Positions 22,282 through 35,900 are shown, numbered from the whole stretch's first letter. The stretch is DNA of 63,715 nt, filler included, from Choristocarpus tenellus KU-1152 (GCA_964200185.2; 13 parts of 13 records of this genome joined end to end with filler, not necessarily neighbours in it); one strand, 5' to 3'. The notes: generated by a model not told the origin, from the sequence alone. A program made the numbers and translations.

Positions 22282-25098
22282 CTCGGTACTGCAGCAGCAT
22301 CCTCATTGGAGGAACTCCCTCCCCCCCAGTGCCTTGTCGACACCTCATTCCCTGGTCCACATTTTGAGACCTTGTGTTTTCTCTTCCCCCTGTACTTCCC
22401 TCATTTGCTCTACCACTCGCCTCTGAATGTCCCTGTGCCTCATACGCACCCTTAGCACTAATACCTGGTATCAGGCCTGGGGTGACCATCACACCTTTCA
22501 CCATCAAAACCTCTCCCTGACCAACATCCATGTCAACAAACCCATCCGCGCGCCTGGCCTTCACCAACGCAACAACTGCCTTGAGAGTCCACGAATCCCC
22601 CAACCCCTTTCCCCTGGTTCCTGTACCCCTCCCAGTCCAATCCCTGGTTTCAGCCAGAGACATTGACCACAGCCAGTGCTTACTTCGAAGGTAGGAGAGT
22701 ACATATCTATCAAAAGAAGGGGTCTTCAGAGCCGAAGGGTTATCCACATTGCAAAATGTAGGATATCCCTGGACCCCCCTCGAGTCAACAGTGAATGGAG
22801 CCAAATTCCCTTTCACCCCTCCTCCCAAAGACGCGACCCCAGATGCCAACCCAGCGACTGCTCCTTGGGAGGATGGAGCCACAACACGATCCGTCCCAGG
22901 AGGCAGTGAATGCTGCCTTCGAATGAGCTGAAAGGCGATCTTTGTGGCGATTCCTGACATCCCATCATTGATCTTGTGCACTTGACCTTCCTTGTAGGGT
23001 GGACCAGTGGCAACGTTGGAGGAAGAACAAGACGATGAAACATACATGCCGGGTCTTGCACCACCAAAGGCGCCACCCAAGTTCTTAGAGTAGTCTTGTG
23101 GTGAAGTTGATGGTGAAACTGGGCAGAGAAGGAGAGTGGACAGGGAAAACAATGGCAGGGAAGCGAGGGAGTGAGTGATGTGGGGAGGGGGGACACAAGG
23201 AGTGAGGTACAAATTGCGTTTGGGGGATTGGGGGAGACCAGGTGAGAGAAGGGATGCAAATATAGTGCTCTCCAATTATTTCCTCAAAAATAAGGAAAAT
23301 ACTCCAAATAAAAAAGTGATGATGATAATAGCATTCCCAGGTGACCAGTCCACTCTCTCCTCATTTTCCTTCCATCTATCAATATTGCTGCCAATGTTGT
23401 CAATCATACAGCCAACAGAAATTATTGCCCAACACACCGACACCAGAAGCAGTGACCCGGCGGAACCCCTCCTCATCTCCATCCTCCTCAGCCGATCGTG
23501 AGCCCACAGAAGAGGTAAGGCTCTCCTGCCCAGCAGAGGCAGCGGCAACAGCCCTAATGATGGAGTGGCCATTGCCCAACTCCTGACTGTCCCTGCGGGG
23601 CGCTGCAACCCGTCCACCCGCCTTCCAGATTTCCTTCGTTAGCTCAGCAATTATGAGCAGCCTCTGGGAGGGCCCTAAACCAAAGCACCCGAGGTGGAGC
23701 ACTGCCATGTTGGGCATCTCCCACACCACCTGCATGAAGAACAAGTGGACGGAGGACAAAAATCGGGGGGGCAGCGGGTAAGAGGGGGAGTGGAGGATGG
23801 GGGAGCGAACAGGGTATGGAACTAGGAAGGTCAGGGGTCCAGGATATTGTGGGGCAGATCACTTCGGCACTAGAGAACTGTTCTACAACATACATCCTAC
23901 GGGAGTAAGTTTCATGGTAGGTATGTTGTAATGTTGTAATGGTTGTTGTCCTGGTATGTCTCGGTGAGTAAGATAATGTTAGGCATAGTAGCAGAAAATT
24001 GGAGGTTCCACAATGCCTAAACTCATGATGTTCACAAAGCGTATTAGAGAGGAGGGGGCACATGAGCAAGAGGTCAGCATGTCCATGTAGGTGGGCTACG
24101 ACATGAGCACCAGATTCGGCATTCAACCCTACGTCAAAATATCATGTCTATGCCTTTCTTATCTCAGTCACCCACAGAGCAAAAAAACTCACACAACCCC
24201 TACGCCACCTTTTATGGCTTAACAGTGCTACCATGGGGTTGTGCTACATCCCACAGCCCCCCATCACCTTCCCAATCCCTACATCACAAGCCCTTGGGTT
24301 TCAAACTGCAAGCCCTACCTGAGAACTCAACCCTCAACACGAATCACATTTGCTTAGGACATCACAATAATCCTCACACTCCATAGAAAGGTAAAATACA
24401 TTAATCAGAGAGTTGGGTAGAACAACAGGTGAGAGCATCCCTTTTGCTCAGTGTGACAAAGGAACCAACACATTTGTATGCAGTAGTGGCCTGTTGTAGC
24501 CTTTCCAAACCATGTCCCCTACCCCCTAAACCTTGTCCTTAACACCACCCTAGTCCTTGGCCTTGACCTCAATTTCACACCCTACAAACCTTGAGCAGTA
24601 TAAAGGGCTGGCCTGAGCCAGGACCATATGCCTCAACATGAGAGGTGTACCCTCTGTCCATCTCATAATTCCCTTCACATTTCCCTTCCCAGGATGGGCT
24701 CGCTGGGTTCCCGCCTCCAACGCCTGAACTTGGGTGCAAAGCCAATACCTAGTGCCCACATGAAATACATGTCATGGGGGGGGGGGATGAGGGGTGCAGT
24801 GCTTGAGAGTGGATTCCAAGCGCCGAATGTCTCCACATTCAAACCAGAACCTGAACAAAGACATACTGAACCACAGTAGTGCAGTGCCCCGGAATCCCTA
24901 GAATTGTGCTCATGCAACCTCCCATAACCCTCTCCAACTTCACCCATCTGCAACACACACAGCAATCTGCTTCACTGCTACCACGCTTAAAAATGTCAGC
25001 GTATCAGGACCTCATCTCCTCACTCCCATCCCAAACCCGTCCCAACACTTCCCACTCACACCTTGAGGAATATCCCTGGCCAGGCCCAGGTCGACCAC
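22282..25098 (-). CDS. SZT2: SZT2 (KICSTOR scaffold)-like protein, internal exons
   Basis: Exons 25098-25060, 24748-24590, 23729-~23440 (donor uncertain) and 23094-22282. They give QPFILLK|VVWEMPNMAVLHLGCFGLGPSQRLLIIAELTKEI...SYLRSKHWLWS...LVKARRADGF...GQGEVLMV...LLQY. This is colinear with SZT2 segments as I recall them (FYLVRI..K.P..VLRLGF..GTP...R..I...L..EI; YL...RWLWS; L...RL.EGF....G.G...MV; VVQY). Confidence 0.7.
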
Positions 25099-25434
25099 CT
25101 ATGAAACACATCATTCAGTAACTCCTCATTACCCGTGAACCTCCCCTGCTGACGGTGGCCCCCATCCCCTGCTGCACGCCCCATCCANNNNNNNNNNNNN
25201 NNNNNNNNNNNNNNNNNNNNNNNNNNNNNNNTTAATTAATTAANNNNNNNNNNNNNNNNNNNNNNNNNNNNNNNNNNNNNNNNNNNNATTATTACTATTA
25301 TCCCTATCACTATAATTCTTATCATGAACAATATTAACAAGACACCACACACCCCCCCCCCCCCTCCCCCTCAAAAGGAGTGAATGTACTAACAACACCA
25401 CGAACAAAACCTCATGGGTAACCATTCCACTCAC

Positions 25435-28134
25435 CAGCAAGGAATGCCAGACAGCTTTGGGAAATGACACCCCCAGTGGGGTTCCATGGTAGACACTCAG
25501 ACCCATCACTCGTCCCACAGCACGGTAGTACTAACAATCCATTTCCATCACAAAAATCCACCCACATCCCATCCCATCATTATTTGTCCCATTTCCCGTT
25601 ATATAGGAAGGACAAGTGGACAAGTTGGGGGGAGGGGGAAGGAAGGACGGGATGTTATTTCTGACATGTATACATGTCCCCCACCCCACCCCACCAAACA
25701 AAATCTGATTTGATACATACATTTGATGACAGTAGTAATCAGTACCAATCCACCATAGCAAACAAAACGAGTCAAGAACATTAGACGGCAGAAAAAAAAG
25801 TCCCCTATCAGTGATGAAAATAGTGAAAATATCAACTATTCCAGTACATAAATAACAAGCCGAAGAAAAAGAAAGACTAAAAGTTAAACATCACACCATA
25901 ACCCCTCCCTCCCTTACCCGCAGCCTACTCTCCACCTCCAGTGGACCATGACGATGATGCTGATGCTGCTGCTTTGACCCTGCTGCCCCCTTACCCTGTG
26001 ATGGGATTAGGGAGAGATCTGGCCCAGGAACCACCAATGCAGGCTCTGGGCCGTACACCCGGAAAAGTGGCATGTGCTTCCACAGGTGACCACCACTCCC
26101 ACTGTGGGTGACCCTGGAGTCACCCGTAGCAGTAGTTGCAGCAACTGGGGTGGGGGCTTTCTGTCCAGTAGCAATAGTCACCGCCACAGAAGGAGTAGAT
26201 TCAGCTGTGAGGCCAGGGGAGGATTCTGGGGCCAGGGAATGGTCCGGAGGTTGAGGAGATGTGGTAGATTTGGGCTGGGGGTTGGGAGTAGCAGAGGAGG
26301 GGAGTGGGACAGGACGAGACTCTTCTTCCACAGGAAGTGGAGCAGAAATTTCCTGTGGCATAGAGGCTACGTGGAATATGGGTGAGAGGAAGTCCATGAA
26401 CTCTCTCACTGGTCCGTCTCCTTCTCCTAACAATGGATGTTCAGCACAGGGTGGTTTGGTGGGGGAAGAGACAGAAAGGTGAGGGAGGCGGTCATATCAG
26501 AGCTACCTATGTACAGGGGCTTGTCCTACAGAGCCTTCACAAGAACCACTAGAACGGGAAGCACTCCGAAACGCAACAGACAAGTAGACCAATCACAGAG
26601 TCCCAATCTCATATATGCAGCCAATAGAATTATAATAAAATTCTCTCCCCTACCTAAAATAAGCATTACAAATTTACACCGAATCGACACCGCACAGCAA
26701 ATTAAAAAAATAAATCAAAATACATCAAAATATTTCAAAATCCTTCTGAAATGTCGTAGGCAACTGCCACCCCCTCCCCAGCCCCCAGCCCCCAACTCAC
26801 AACCGTTCCAATCCATTCCATTCTCTTCCCTTCCTCCCACACCCCCTTTCATTACCTGGTTCATTTGCATAGTGAACCTCAATGTGTACACTCATAGCTC
26901 TGGGTGAGACTTCCGTGAGCTGCTGCATCACCAAACCCAATGCCTCGTTTCTGAATTCACAGAAAAAAAAAAAATCCCGATTCATACATGGCAGGTGATA
27001 TCATTTAGACAAAAATAAAAGTTTCCCACTTGATACATAGTTAATATAATCTTTACAAAATCTGGTACAGAAGATGAGCTATGCCACTAGTAATAGTTAA
27101 TAATGACTGACAAAAAAATGAGAAAATATATGTTTAACCTTTATATTCAAACACGAAAGGGGTCGATGAAGAGATTAACAAGGGTAACTCCTTCAAAAGA
27201 GGAGTATGGAGGGGTGGGTGTTATAACAATAACATCATTTACCATTGACTAAATATGACTGGGAGGCAGAGGGGGAGGGGGAGGGGTAAAGACGGTATGG
27301 GTTTAAGACCAATGACAACGCAAAAAACTAGCTAAGAGATTACACCATCCAAGAAACTGCACCCCTATTCATCCTCTTGTGGCATATAGAGTGCAGAAAC
27401 AGAACATTGTACTCAATTGGCGACCCTGCTCCTCTTAGTACAGTGTAACCTATCAGGCAAAGGTAGAGCCAGAGTAAATTGTCACAAGCAAATAGTCTAA
27501 CCCTAACCCTAAGTTCTACAAAGGACTGCATATAACGAAAAAGCTCAGTCACCAGTATATATACATATAGTACATATACAATATACTCACAATATACATA
27601 AAATGAAATATTGTATTGATATTAAAATAGAAAGCATCATCCACCAATAGACCAAAAGAATCATTGCAGCATTTTTTTTTATTATTAAATTACACAGTAT
27701 ATCGTACAGACTTCTTACACATTTCTTCTACAGTATAGAAACAAAGGAGGGAGGAGTACGACATACGCTTGCCAACACAATACAAAACCAAATCCACAAC
27801 ACACACAATATACCCCAACAAAAACCTCTCTACCAAAACCGTACCTCTAAATCACATCAAGAAGTAGAGGTGGGGGAGGGAGATGCATACACAAACAATA
27901 ACAATAATAATAAAAAAACCCAAAAAACTGAGGGTGATCGCACCTCACCACCATGCGATTCAAGCTAAGGTTGACAGTGCCCTGCCCCTTGGCATCAACA
28001 GACGATCGAATGTAATCCACCTTCTGAGGCGTGTGCACAGCCCCCTCTATTCGCAGGAGCGGTGACATCCTGTTCTCCAAGGCATTGGGGTCTGCATCTA
28101 GAAGTTCCTCTATGGCCTTGGGATACCGCAATAC
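25435..28134 (-). CDS. HECT-domain E3 ubiquitin ligase, pre-HECT and N-lobe exons
   Basis: Phase-compatible exons 28134-27944, 26950-26856, 26426-25918 and 25530-25435. They give QKVDYIRS...VNLSLNR...VMQQL...IEVHYANEPGEGDGPVREF...PLF...YYRAVGRVMGLSVYHGTPLGVSFPKAVWHSLL, the canonical HECT N-lobe motifs. Confidence 0.85.
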
Positions 28135-28320
28135 CTATCAAATATGAGGAGGGACCATCCAAACAAAAAATAATATATATATATATAACAAGGATAAATT
28201 GTATTGCAGGAATGTATCGCCATCTCACACAGTACTTTCCTCATCTATCTCACCACACTGAAAACATCTTCCTCAACACTCATCCCATTCTTTGCCATCA
28301 TCCATCTCTCAAGTAACCTA

Positions 28321-28374
<54 letters not shown>

Positions 28375-28497
28375 ACCCCCACCCCCCCACCCAGACCNNN
28401 NNNNNNNNNNNNNNNNNNNNNNNNNNNNNNNNNNNNNNNNNTTAATTAATTAANNNNNNNNNNNNNNNNNNNNNNNNNNNNNNNNNNNNNNNNNNNN

Positions 28498-29861
28498 ACC
28501 AAGCAATCTCGCAGGGTTTATCACCTTTATCCTCTTTGATGATTTTGGGGATACTTTAACAGTGACCTTTTCATCAGACGTGGACATGCACACAGGATGA
28601 ACGAAGGTACCAGCAGCAGTAGTCTGCGTATCTTCATTACGCGCAGAAGAGGCAGAGTACACGGAGCAGTCCGTCGCTGTGACATCTTCGCTGACCTTGG
28701 GGGTCAAGTTTAAGCTTAGGCACACATCGCAAACCCGTTTAGGACGTGTGTTGGGTCGCAGTGCCTATGTTGAAAAAAAATAATTACCATGGCGCAAATG
28801 GGTGGTGAGAAATGGAGGCAGGGCTGGCATAGATACGGAAGGAGGGGGCGGTTGTGCCTCCATTGGCTCTCACATCTGTACACTTTAGCATAGCTGGAAT
28901 GTAGGTTCTCGTGTGTTCTCGTGCAGTTTCTTCTTGTGTTATGATTGGGTGCCGTTTGAGTAGAATTCATTCACAAAGGTGAGCCCATACTCCGCTGATG
29001 AGTAGGAGTACGTGGGCTCCAAACATCCTGACCTACTGAGATCATGGTCTAATAAGTATTCTTCTGTCCCTCCCACCTTATTGTTAAGCGAGCAATTGTT
29101 GCACACGCTCTCTCTGCAACTTTGACAGGTGTGGCGGCGGTTGGACTAGTTGAAGGGGTGCTCTGGAGGAGTTGTGATGAGGTGGTTTGGTGAGGTGGGC
29201 TAGTGTCTGTATTCATAGAGCGATGACAACAGAAGTGGTATAGGCTATTTGGGAAAGGAAACATAGCTTTTCGAAAACGTGCTGCGTCCGGATCAACTGA
29301 GGAACCCTCACTACGACGAGCTTGATGGCCAAACATGATAGCGGATGTGTAAGAAACACAGCAGATAGGACACCTTTAATGTGGAAAAAACAGACTCATG
29401 TTTGTTGGTCTCCCCGTGTCCCTGGGGTAATTTTATTGCGTTCTTCACGAGACTGTGTAATGCATGGAAGAAGTGCTTTGCAGCAAAAAACAATTAGTCG
29501 ATCAAGCATTTCTCTGTGCAGCAGTTTCAATCGATTCCTTACCACATAGGTGACATCTTTTGGGGTTTGCCGTAATTTGCTCAGGATATTTGGAGGGCGT
29601 CCTACCACTATTGGCATCACTTGTCTTCAGTAGCAGGGGCTCCACTGCGTGCTTACTCATGGCAGCAATAAATATATCTTCGACCCAGAGCAATTGTGTT
29701 TCTTTCAAGGATGATTTGAAACGCAAGCCTGAGTTGGGATATACTCCACTACAGGGCTGTATTGCCCCAGAGTAGTAGCTGGTTTGTTTGCTTACGTCAT
29801 TGGCGGCAGTGCTGGCAGAGAAGAGGCATGATGTGAATTCGTGGGCGGAGAAGTGCGCCAA
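28498..29861 (-). CDS. Possible exons of an unidentified minus-strand gene
   Basis: Three same-strand S/T-rich ORF segments (28498-28725, 29049-29336, 29502-29861) with possible splice sites. No motif was recognised. Confidence 0.3.
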
Positions 29862-30968
29862 TTAAGGACTGCTGTTGTCATTCGACTGTGTACAAAATCG
29901 ACCATCTGTGCAAGGGACGACGGTTTCGTCGTGTGGAATGTCAAACCCGGAACATGAAGTGTGATGTGAAGGAATGTAGTGATGGAAAAAAATAATTTCT
30001 TACCATTAGTGCAACATCAATATACTTACTACTATAATACAAAACAACCTTTTTTTTCTAATCGTTTGTAACGAAGGAGGTGAGTTCAAACCCAATCAAC
30101 CTAAGTTCAATTAATTAAAATGACGAAATGACTGAACCGAAAAAGTTCAAAACAATTGACTGACATTGTGAGGAGAAGACAGGAACTTAAGACACCCTCG
30201 AACCCATCCAAAGACAAGAAAATAATATCCAGAGAAAGAAAATGCAAAATTGAAGGATCACCTCCACCAGGATCAAAGACCGTAACAGGTTCAAGGACGG
30301 CACCATATCTGTATGAACGTAGGTTAAGTCTTACACCCACTAGATACAACCTACTACCATCAGCAGCAACAAGAGTACCCTACGTTAGACAAAACCCCTC
30401 TCCAGAGAGGAAAATAAGGATAAAAGAAGGAGCCCTGCACGCATTCTCACAGCTAGTTGGTGGCCAAGACCACGTTCACGTAACGGACTGACGCTGCTTT
30501 GACCTCAGTGGTATGCCAGGCGTTCATGAAGCATTTTTGTCCAACTTGTATACATCTGTGACACTCGTTTTTAGTCTTCTGCGAGAGAAATACACTGATC
30601 AACTGTGATGCCAAAACCTTGACGTCATCTTGGAAGCACCATCACCAGCTTCTCTCTGGGCCTCCCTTCTCCGGCTATGACTTCTGAGCTTCAAGATCTC
30701 CGAGCATCAAGTTCTTGGGCTACCGATCATTGTCCGTTCGTGACATGAAGCCTGTAAAACACAGCCTCCTTTCTGGGATACTGGTCTCAATGCACTCACA
30801 TCCAGCCCTCATAAGGAATTCTCTATACAACATGGAGTGGTCCATATGTTCCCGTCTGTTGAACCCAAAGCAGTGTTGTGGGAATTTGCAGTGTTGGGGA
30901 TGGAGTTGAGCGTAATAGTCCTTTTTTAGGATCTACGCCATGCAGCCACGTATAACAAAATCTTGAGC

Positions 30969-31001
30969 GGGTCAAAGTATCTTGGGGGGGGGGGGGGGGG
31001 G
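30969..31001. mobile_element. MITE family B terminus running into poly-G at the contig end
   Basis: GGGTCAAAGTATCTT followed by poly-G. Confidence 0.75.
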
Positions 31002-31101
31002 NNNNNNNNNNNNNNNNNNNNNNNNNNNNNNNNNNNNNNNNNNNNTTAATTAATTAANNNNNNNNNNNNNNNNNNNNNNNNNNNNNNNNNNNNNNNNNNN
31101 N

Positions 31102-31499
31102 CAGTATCCATCCGGCGTATGCAACCAAATCACCCAAAAATCGTGAAATGAAAAAATTGACCCCAAATGGACAGCCGTCACCCCCTCCCAGATACTTTGA
31201 GCCACACACTTTTTCATAACATACACATTATACCTTCTCTGAAACATTTTGGAGTAGGTAAAATGTTAAAAAAAAACTGTGGGAGGCCAAGAAGCCTCAT
31301 ATGAACAAGAACGGAAAAACTCATACCCTCTAAGATACTTTCACTCGTAGGTAAAATGTGTACGTTATGAAAAGGTGTGTCCAGAACAAGGATATTGGCA
31401 CCTCCTAACAAACACGATAGCCAAAATTACATCAAAATCGCAACATTGGGTTTTGGCCCCGAATCAGACACAGCTCTACCCTCTAAGATACTTTGGCTC
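31102..31499. mobile_element. Nested MITE cluster: B(-) end at 31203, A(-) part to 31346, A(+) right half to 31499
   Basis: Three successive AGATACTTT-NNNYC termini (31203, 31346, 31499), each with internal sequence homologous to full-length A or B copies. Confidence 0.85.
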
Positions 31500-32624
31500 T
31501 AGAGTTATGTGATAAAAATGCATATGCAAGTGTTGTGCCATAGAATCGAAGATGGGGTTGTCTTGAGTTTAAGGACTGATAAGACCTGCTGCCCCATTCC
31601 CATACTTGAAATGCAACCAAGACAAATGAGGAGGTTGTGGCTGTAGAAGAGGAGATGGACATTTGTTGCCATCAGCGTGAAATCGACTAGAATACTAGGA
31701 GTACATGTACCAAAAGAAAGTCACAGAGGCCCCAAATACTCAAAGGCACCCCCATATAGGGTACTATGACTCAATGCAGGAGCTCGAATCGCTATGTGTA
31801 GTATTATGAACTGTGGAATGATCAGTATGTCTGCTATATCCTTACACAGCTTCACATGGTAGGTGCAGGCTGACATTTTTTCTAGGATGTGCTCATTGCC
31901 TTTGTTGTGAGGGTCAAAAGATTATGCAAGGGGGTGCGGAACATGTCGTTTTCACACTAGCCTGTCCTTTGCTTGTATCACATTTGATGGGTCATATTGA
32001 GTGCAAAGTTAGATGATTTTTACCAGTTATTCAAGTTTTATCCTTGTTTTATCCGCTACTGTACCTTAGCTCAGACATGCCTCCCAACAAACTAGAAGTG
32101 AGTCTAGTACATTGACATCTCCATTTTAAATTATTATGCATCGCTTTACTAGTCTTCTTTGTTGAGTTAAAGCTCTTTGAGACATCAAGGGGGGAAATAT
32201 AGATAGGCACTACATAATGTAACTAGACTATCGAGTACACCAATATCTTCTATCCGAGTACTTTGAGATCTTCTACTAAGCACAACCTTGCATTCTAACC
32301 CCTACTATGTGATATTTGCGTATTAGTAGTACCTGTAGAAGCCACATCATTTCTGATCTTGTGTGAAGACTAGGTATTTTGAACATTTGTCAATATTGGC
32401 CTCCGCCCACCACATGTTCCTTGGAGTAGACATAGACGTGCACTTTTCAGCTGTCTTGTACTTCTGTCTGTACAAGGTCCAATTACTATATTATTAGCAA
32501 CTACTACATAGAGGTATGAGTATATATATATACATCTTGAGAAATTCTGAACCCTCCCGTGATCACAGTACTCATGGTACTTGGACCCAGGGACTGATTT
32601 AACTTGGCACCATCGCCAAGAAAC

Positions 32625-32911
32625 CCATGGCATCCTAGCGGGTGGGGAGTGTTTAGCCCAGGTCGCCCATTTCTGTTTTGATGGGGTGCAGCAAAACACC
32701 CCACATTGATGTCCGTTTACTGGGTGATATTCGTTCAGACTTGGTTCAGGCAGGGTGTTTGTAAAAGGCGGGTCCATCCAGATAAAGGAAGTTGCACTTA
32801 TATCTGACACATTCACTCAAATGGCATTAAAACCACAACAGGGCCCCAGACCCCTGAGGTCCCAGAGGCCCCGAATGGATGCCTGACCCCCCCACTAGGA
32901 TGCGTTGGATC
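32625..32911 (+). mobile_element. MITE family D (older relative), copy 1
   Basis: Colinear with 36183-36457. It ends in CCCCACTAGGATGCGTTGGATC, a degenerate form of the shared TIR. Confidence 0.6.
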
Positions 32912-33839
32912 GACTAGGCTCTGCTTATCAGTGTCAGCAGAGGCACAAAAGAAACAAACTTACCTTGATTCACCTTCCCAAAAACTGGCAGGGATCTCGG
33001 CTTTGTCAAACGTGCACTGCAAGTCTGAACAAACCTTGCGTATACTGCGACGTTTGCTTCTTCAATAGTCACCCTGATCTAGATCCCCTGGCGCCTTCAC
33101 ATAATGGCTTACTGTCACTCACTGACAGACCTGGGCAAAGACGTCAAAATAGGGCAGACCACAGGTGTGGTTGTACAGGGCTTCAAATGCAACAGTACAG
33201 CACTTTGATTAGTGCTTGGTTAGAGTGTGCTAAGTACTGGAGTATTTGTTAGTAAGACAACTGGGAGGCGTCAGGCGCCATGCCATAAGAAGCACTTGTT
33301 GCTGAGGTAGGCACTGACCTCAACCCTGCAGTTCAGGAATCATGGTAGACATCTTTCAATGCAGAACTGCAATATCTGTCTCAGGAATAGCGGTGATTCA
33401 GATGAGTCCACTCGATACTTTGAAACATAACTGAGATAAAATTGAAACATTTTGACTAGACAACTACTTCATCACAAATACGTTTGCTTCACAAATTGCT
33501 TAAAACTTCTTCGCGGCTCTTGCTGTCTCCTCACAACCACCTTACTATGGCCAGCACTTTGGGCACACCCTATGATTTCCTTGAACTGTTTTGAGTGGGC
33601 TAAGTAAAGATTAATGAATTCCTTTGATTTTCACAAGACTAGAATATCCCACAGAAAATGTGGCTATCTGACCTGCAAAAAGTTCTCGTCGAGTCTCGGT
33701 TGTGATACAGTAAGAATCAACCTTGATATTCGATCCATCACTTCTCCATCCAGTGAACCTTGCATCGATCAACACTGAGTTTTGTCTCACAGAGCTCAAA
33801 CAATATCCACACTTCTTCTCTTGTTTGTATGTGTTACAG

Positions 33840-33963
33840 ATGGTCGCCATTGGTTGTTATGTGTGTGGAATGTAAGAGGTATGCAGCCCGTTGGTTGTGC
33901 GACGAGTGTGAAGAGGTCTACTGTCATAGCTGCTACTCCTTCATCCACAGCCATGGAACCAAG
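33840..33963 (+). CDS. Exon encoding a B-box-type zinc finger
   Basis: CAG|...AAG|GTAAAG boundaries. MCVECKRYAARWLCDECEEVYCHSCYSFIHSHGTK fits the CxxC-x7-CxxC-x4-CxxC-x4-H B-box pattern. Further possible exons lie near 34573-34785. Confidence 0.7.
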
Positions 33964-35900
33964 GTAAAGTACTTTGTTGCAAAATATGGGTGGGAAATGC
34001 ACGACAGAATGGTAAGACTACTTGAATGGGCAGACAGGGTTCTAGGGTACCTGCTGAACTCCCCAGCAACTTTCTTGTACAATGTCATTTGCTGAACTCT
34101 TCTATGTTGCACCCAGTATGTGATCGTTGCATCACTTCTATTTTTTCATGTTCTTATTTTCGTTTCTACTACAGTAGTAGTTTCCAAGTGACAAGCTTTC
34201 TGCTGGAAACTTGGCATAGAAAGAATAATATTTTGAGTTGTGGCGGTGTTCAGTTCGATTTTCTATTTTCTATTTTCTCGCTGTTGAGTTCATTCAACCA
34301 ACTCAACCAAAGTGACCTAAAAAAGATCAGCTAGTCAGTTCGCTTCGAAGAAAACTCGAACAAAATTGAACCATTATTGTTTTCTCATTTGTCTGTGTCA
34401 TTTTCTGTGGTAATACTTAGCCAATCCGACCATCTTGGTCTATCTCTCCAAGGGCGAATCTCGGCCCAGCGGTTGAGGGCTTAATGAGATTTCACCGCTT
34501 CTAGGCAGAAAGGTCAGAGAAAGGGGCAATGTTGTGAGAATGGGACATAGGCAACAAACCAGTGCGATACAGGTTATCTTTGTGTCTCTACAAAGTGCAA
34601 AAGATCAATTGGACAACGTTACAGATTGCAATGGAGAAATTCAGGTACTTACTACAGAGTGCTACAGGGTCAATTATCCGACATCGCAGAGGCAAGATAT
34701 CCTTCAAGGATTGCTTGCCCGTATCAAACATTTCCGCAGCAGAAAAAAAAGGCTAAGAATATCGATCGACATCAATATCATATCGTAAGTGCTGTCTACA
34801 GCTCTGCTGATTCCCCTCCATTTTTCAGGGGATGGGAGGGTAGTCACTCGGAAGCTTGCAGGTAAGAAAGATGTAAGGGCCAACACACCTCATTCTGAGT
34901 TTCCGCTGGGCCTCCATTGCCAGCTGTGTGTCGAGGATCAAACGTAAAGCTAACTCAAATCTGGAATAATTCTTTCCAATCTCAAACCTGAATCCTAGAT
35001 TCGTCATGGCGCGGAAAGACTGCCGTACTACACTGCAGATATGCACATGAACTATGGTCTATTCTGCCAGAAACGCCAAAAGAAGCGCAAGGCTGAAGAG
35101 GTACTGCATGGCAGGTGAACGAGCATATGAAGCATCATTTCAAAATCCTACAGGCTGCAAGGCCTGACTGGGCAGCACCATGTCACCACCCTCTCATCCC
35201 CCATGCATGTGCACTTAGGATGTAGAATGTACATACGAACAATCCACCCGCTGACTGTACAATCTTGGTGGTTAGCTTGTTGTTTTTGGAATTGTAGTCC
35301 ATGTGAAGTACTAGGTATACCTATGTATTCAAAAGTCGTAGCAATACCTTTAAAATGTTGCATATCAATGTCTCAACCACAGGGAGATAGCATGCCAGGA
35401 GTCAAGGCATGCTGCAGCAGTGGTAATCCAGGCTGGGTGGAGGGGGATGAAGGGTCGGATTGAAGGGCGGGCTTTCCTTAAGGTAAAATCATTAGCAGCA
35501 AAAGCCCACAGGGTAGTCCGGGTGTATAATGGAGTAGATGCCATGTACTCCTTGCACTTAAAATAGTAGTACTGTGTAGAATAGCAAAATGTTACTCTCC
35601 ACCGAAGATATTGATCAAACCTTGACCTAAGGCATGAGAAACCGGTGACCAACCGCTTAATAAACCGATCCTGTTTGTCACTAGGCTCACGGTATCCCTG
35701 TTATCGAAGTGGTGATTAAACTTGTATTGAATGCCAGGCAAAACGACGGGAGATCAGATTGGCATGGCGGCAACGGCGTCGTGATGACAGGGTGCGAAGG
35801 GCTTGGTGGTTCTTCATTCTCGATCTTGGGGTGAGACAGGACATATTTTCATCACATTTTGAACACCTACAGTACACCCTAAAAATAGGTATTCAAGGGG

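Noticed and set aside
22282-28397. SZT2-like and HECT exons forming one minus-strand gene
   Set aside because: They are separated by an artificial spacer and belong to unrelated protein families.
28981-29019. Hairpin GAGCCCA-TACTCC...GGAGTA-CG-TGGGCTC with CTGATGAG in the loop, as a hammerhead ribozyme
   Set aside because: The CUGAUGA lies in a terminal loop and there is no correctly placed GAAA or three-stem junction.
30969-31203. One B-family MITE spanning the gap, which would make the two contigs adjacent
   Set aside because: The flanks do not match (GAGC vs ACAC), and the interrupted A copy on the right has no continuation on the left.
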